Assembly: GCA_008632985.1 (NCBI GenBank)
Contig: QPGO01000195.1
Coordinates: forward strand, 124,001 to 146,216
Reading direction: 5' to 3'
Source of the DNA: Psammoneis japonica
Lineage: Eukaryota
DNA length: 22,216 nt
Shown: positions 21,891 through 22,216 of the stretch, piece after piece
Layout: the number at the start of each line of letters is the position of its first letter
Position numbering within the stretch: the first letter of the stretch is position 1
Translations under genes and position numbers: made by a program
The notes under the pieces: generated by a model
Database searches by the model: none
What the model was told of the DNA's origin: nothing
Seen by the model: only the letters and a program-made list of their open reading frames with translations

Positions 21891-22216
21891 TCACCACAGG
21901 ACGTGACTTGTGATTTCCCGGAGCTTCGGTCCAGGCAACAACTTGGTCAGTGCGTCTGCCAGATTCGTGCGCCCGTCTTCCCAAGCAATGCGCGCTGTTC
22001 CAGCGGCTTGTGCCTCGCAAGTCCTGTGACAGGTGGATGCATTGTGCTTCTTCTTCAAAGTGGACTCCGGTTTGGTTGAGTTCTTGAAGACAGCTTCATT
22101 GTTGCAGAAAACATCAGTGGCCCCATCCATGGGGATTCTGAGCATCCGAAGCTTGCAGCGCAAGGCTTCGATTTGCTCCACTGCAGTCTTCACAGCCATG
22201 AACTCGACCCAAAAGC
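21891..22216 (-). pseudogene. pol: Copia RNase H C-terminus, running off the window
   Basis: EALRCKLRM..IPMDG..VFCNNEAV..NST.PESTLKKKHN...HR..EAQAAG...NLADALTK. Confidence 0.95.

Noticed and set aside
1..22216. Classical RIP or CpG decay alone
   Set aside because: Neither removes TpA or turns Tyr into Cys/His; RIP raises TpA.

Overview
Gene-free, repeat-dense eukaryotic DNA, most likely diatom heterochromatin (inferred from CoDi-like Ty1/copia motifs). It holds a decayed CACTA/Plavaka-like DDE transposase with a convergent decayed ORF, two copia elements with about 185-bp LTRs that both abut a 23-bp satellite, four satellite arrays, a foldback MITE, three deleted copies of a composite block, and a 309-N gap. 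No intact gene was found. The main signal is near-complete loss of TpA: about 30 by eye in the first 8 kb, none seen from about 391 to 2442. Conserved Tyr codons read Cys or His, and paralogous copies show TA, TG or CA at the same site. This points to a strand-symmetric A:T->G:C hypermutation at TpA, opposite in direction to fungal RIP, acting alongside CpG decay. A ~220-bp island beside the gap escaped it. Family assignments rest on recalled motifs, not database searches.
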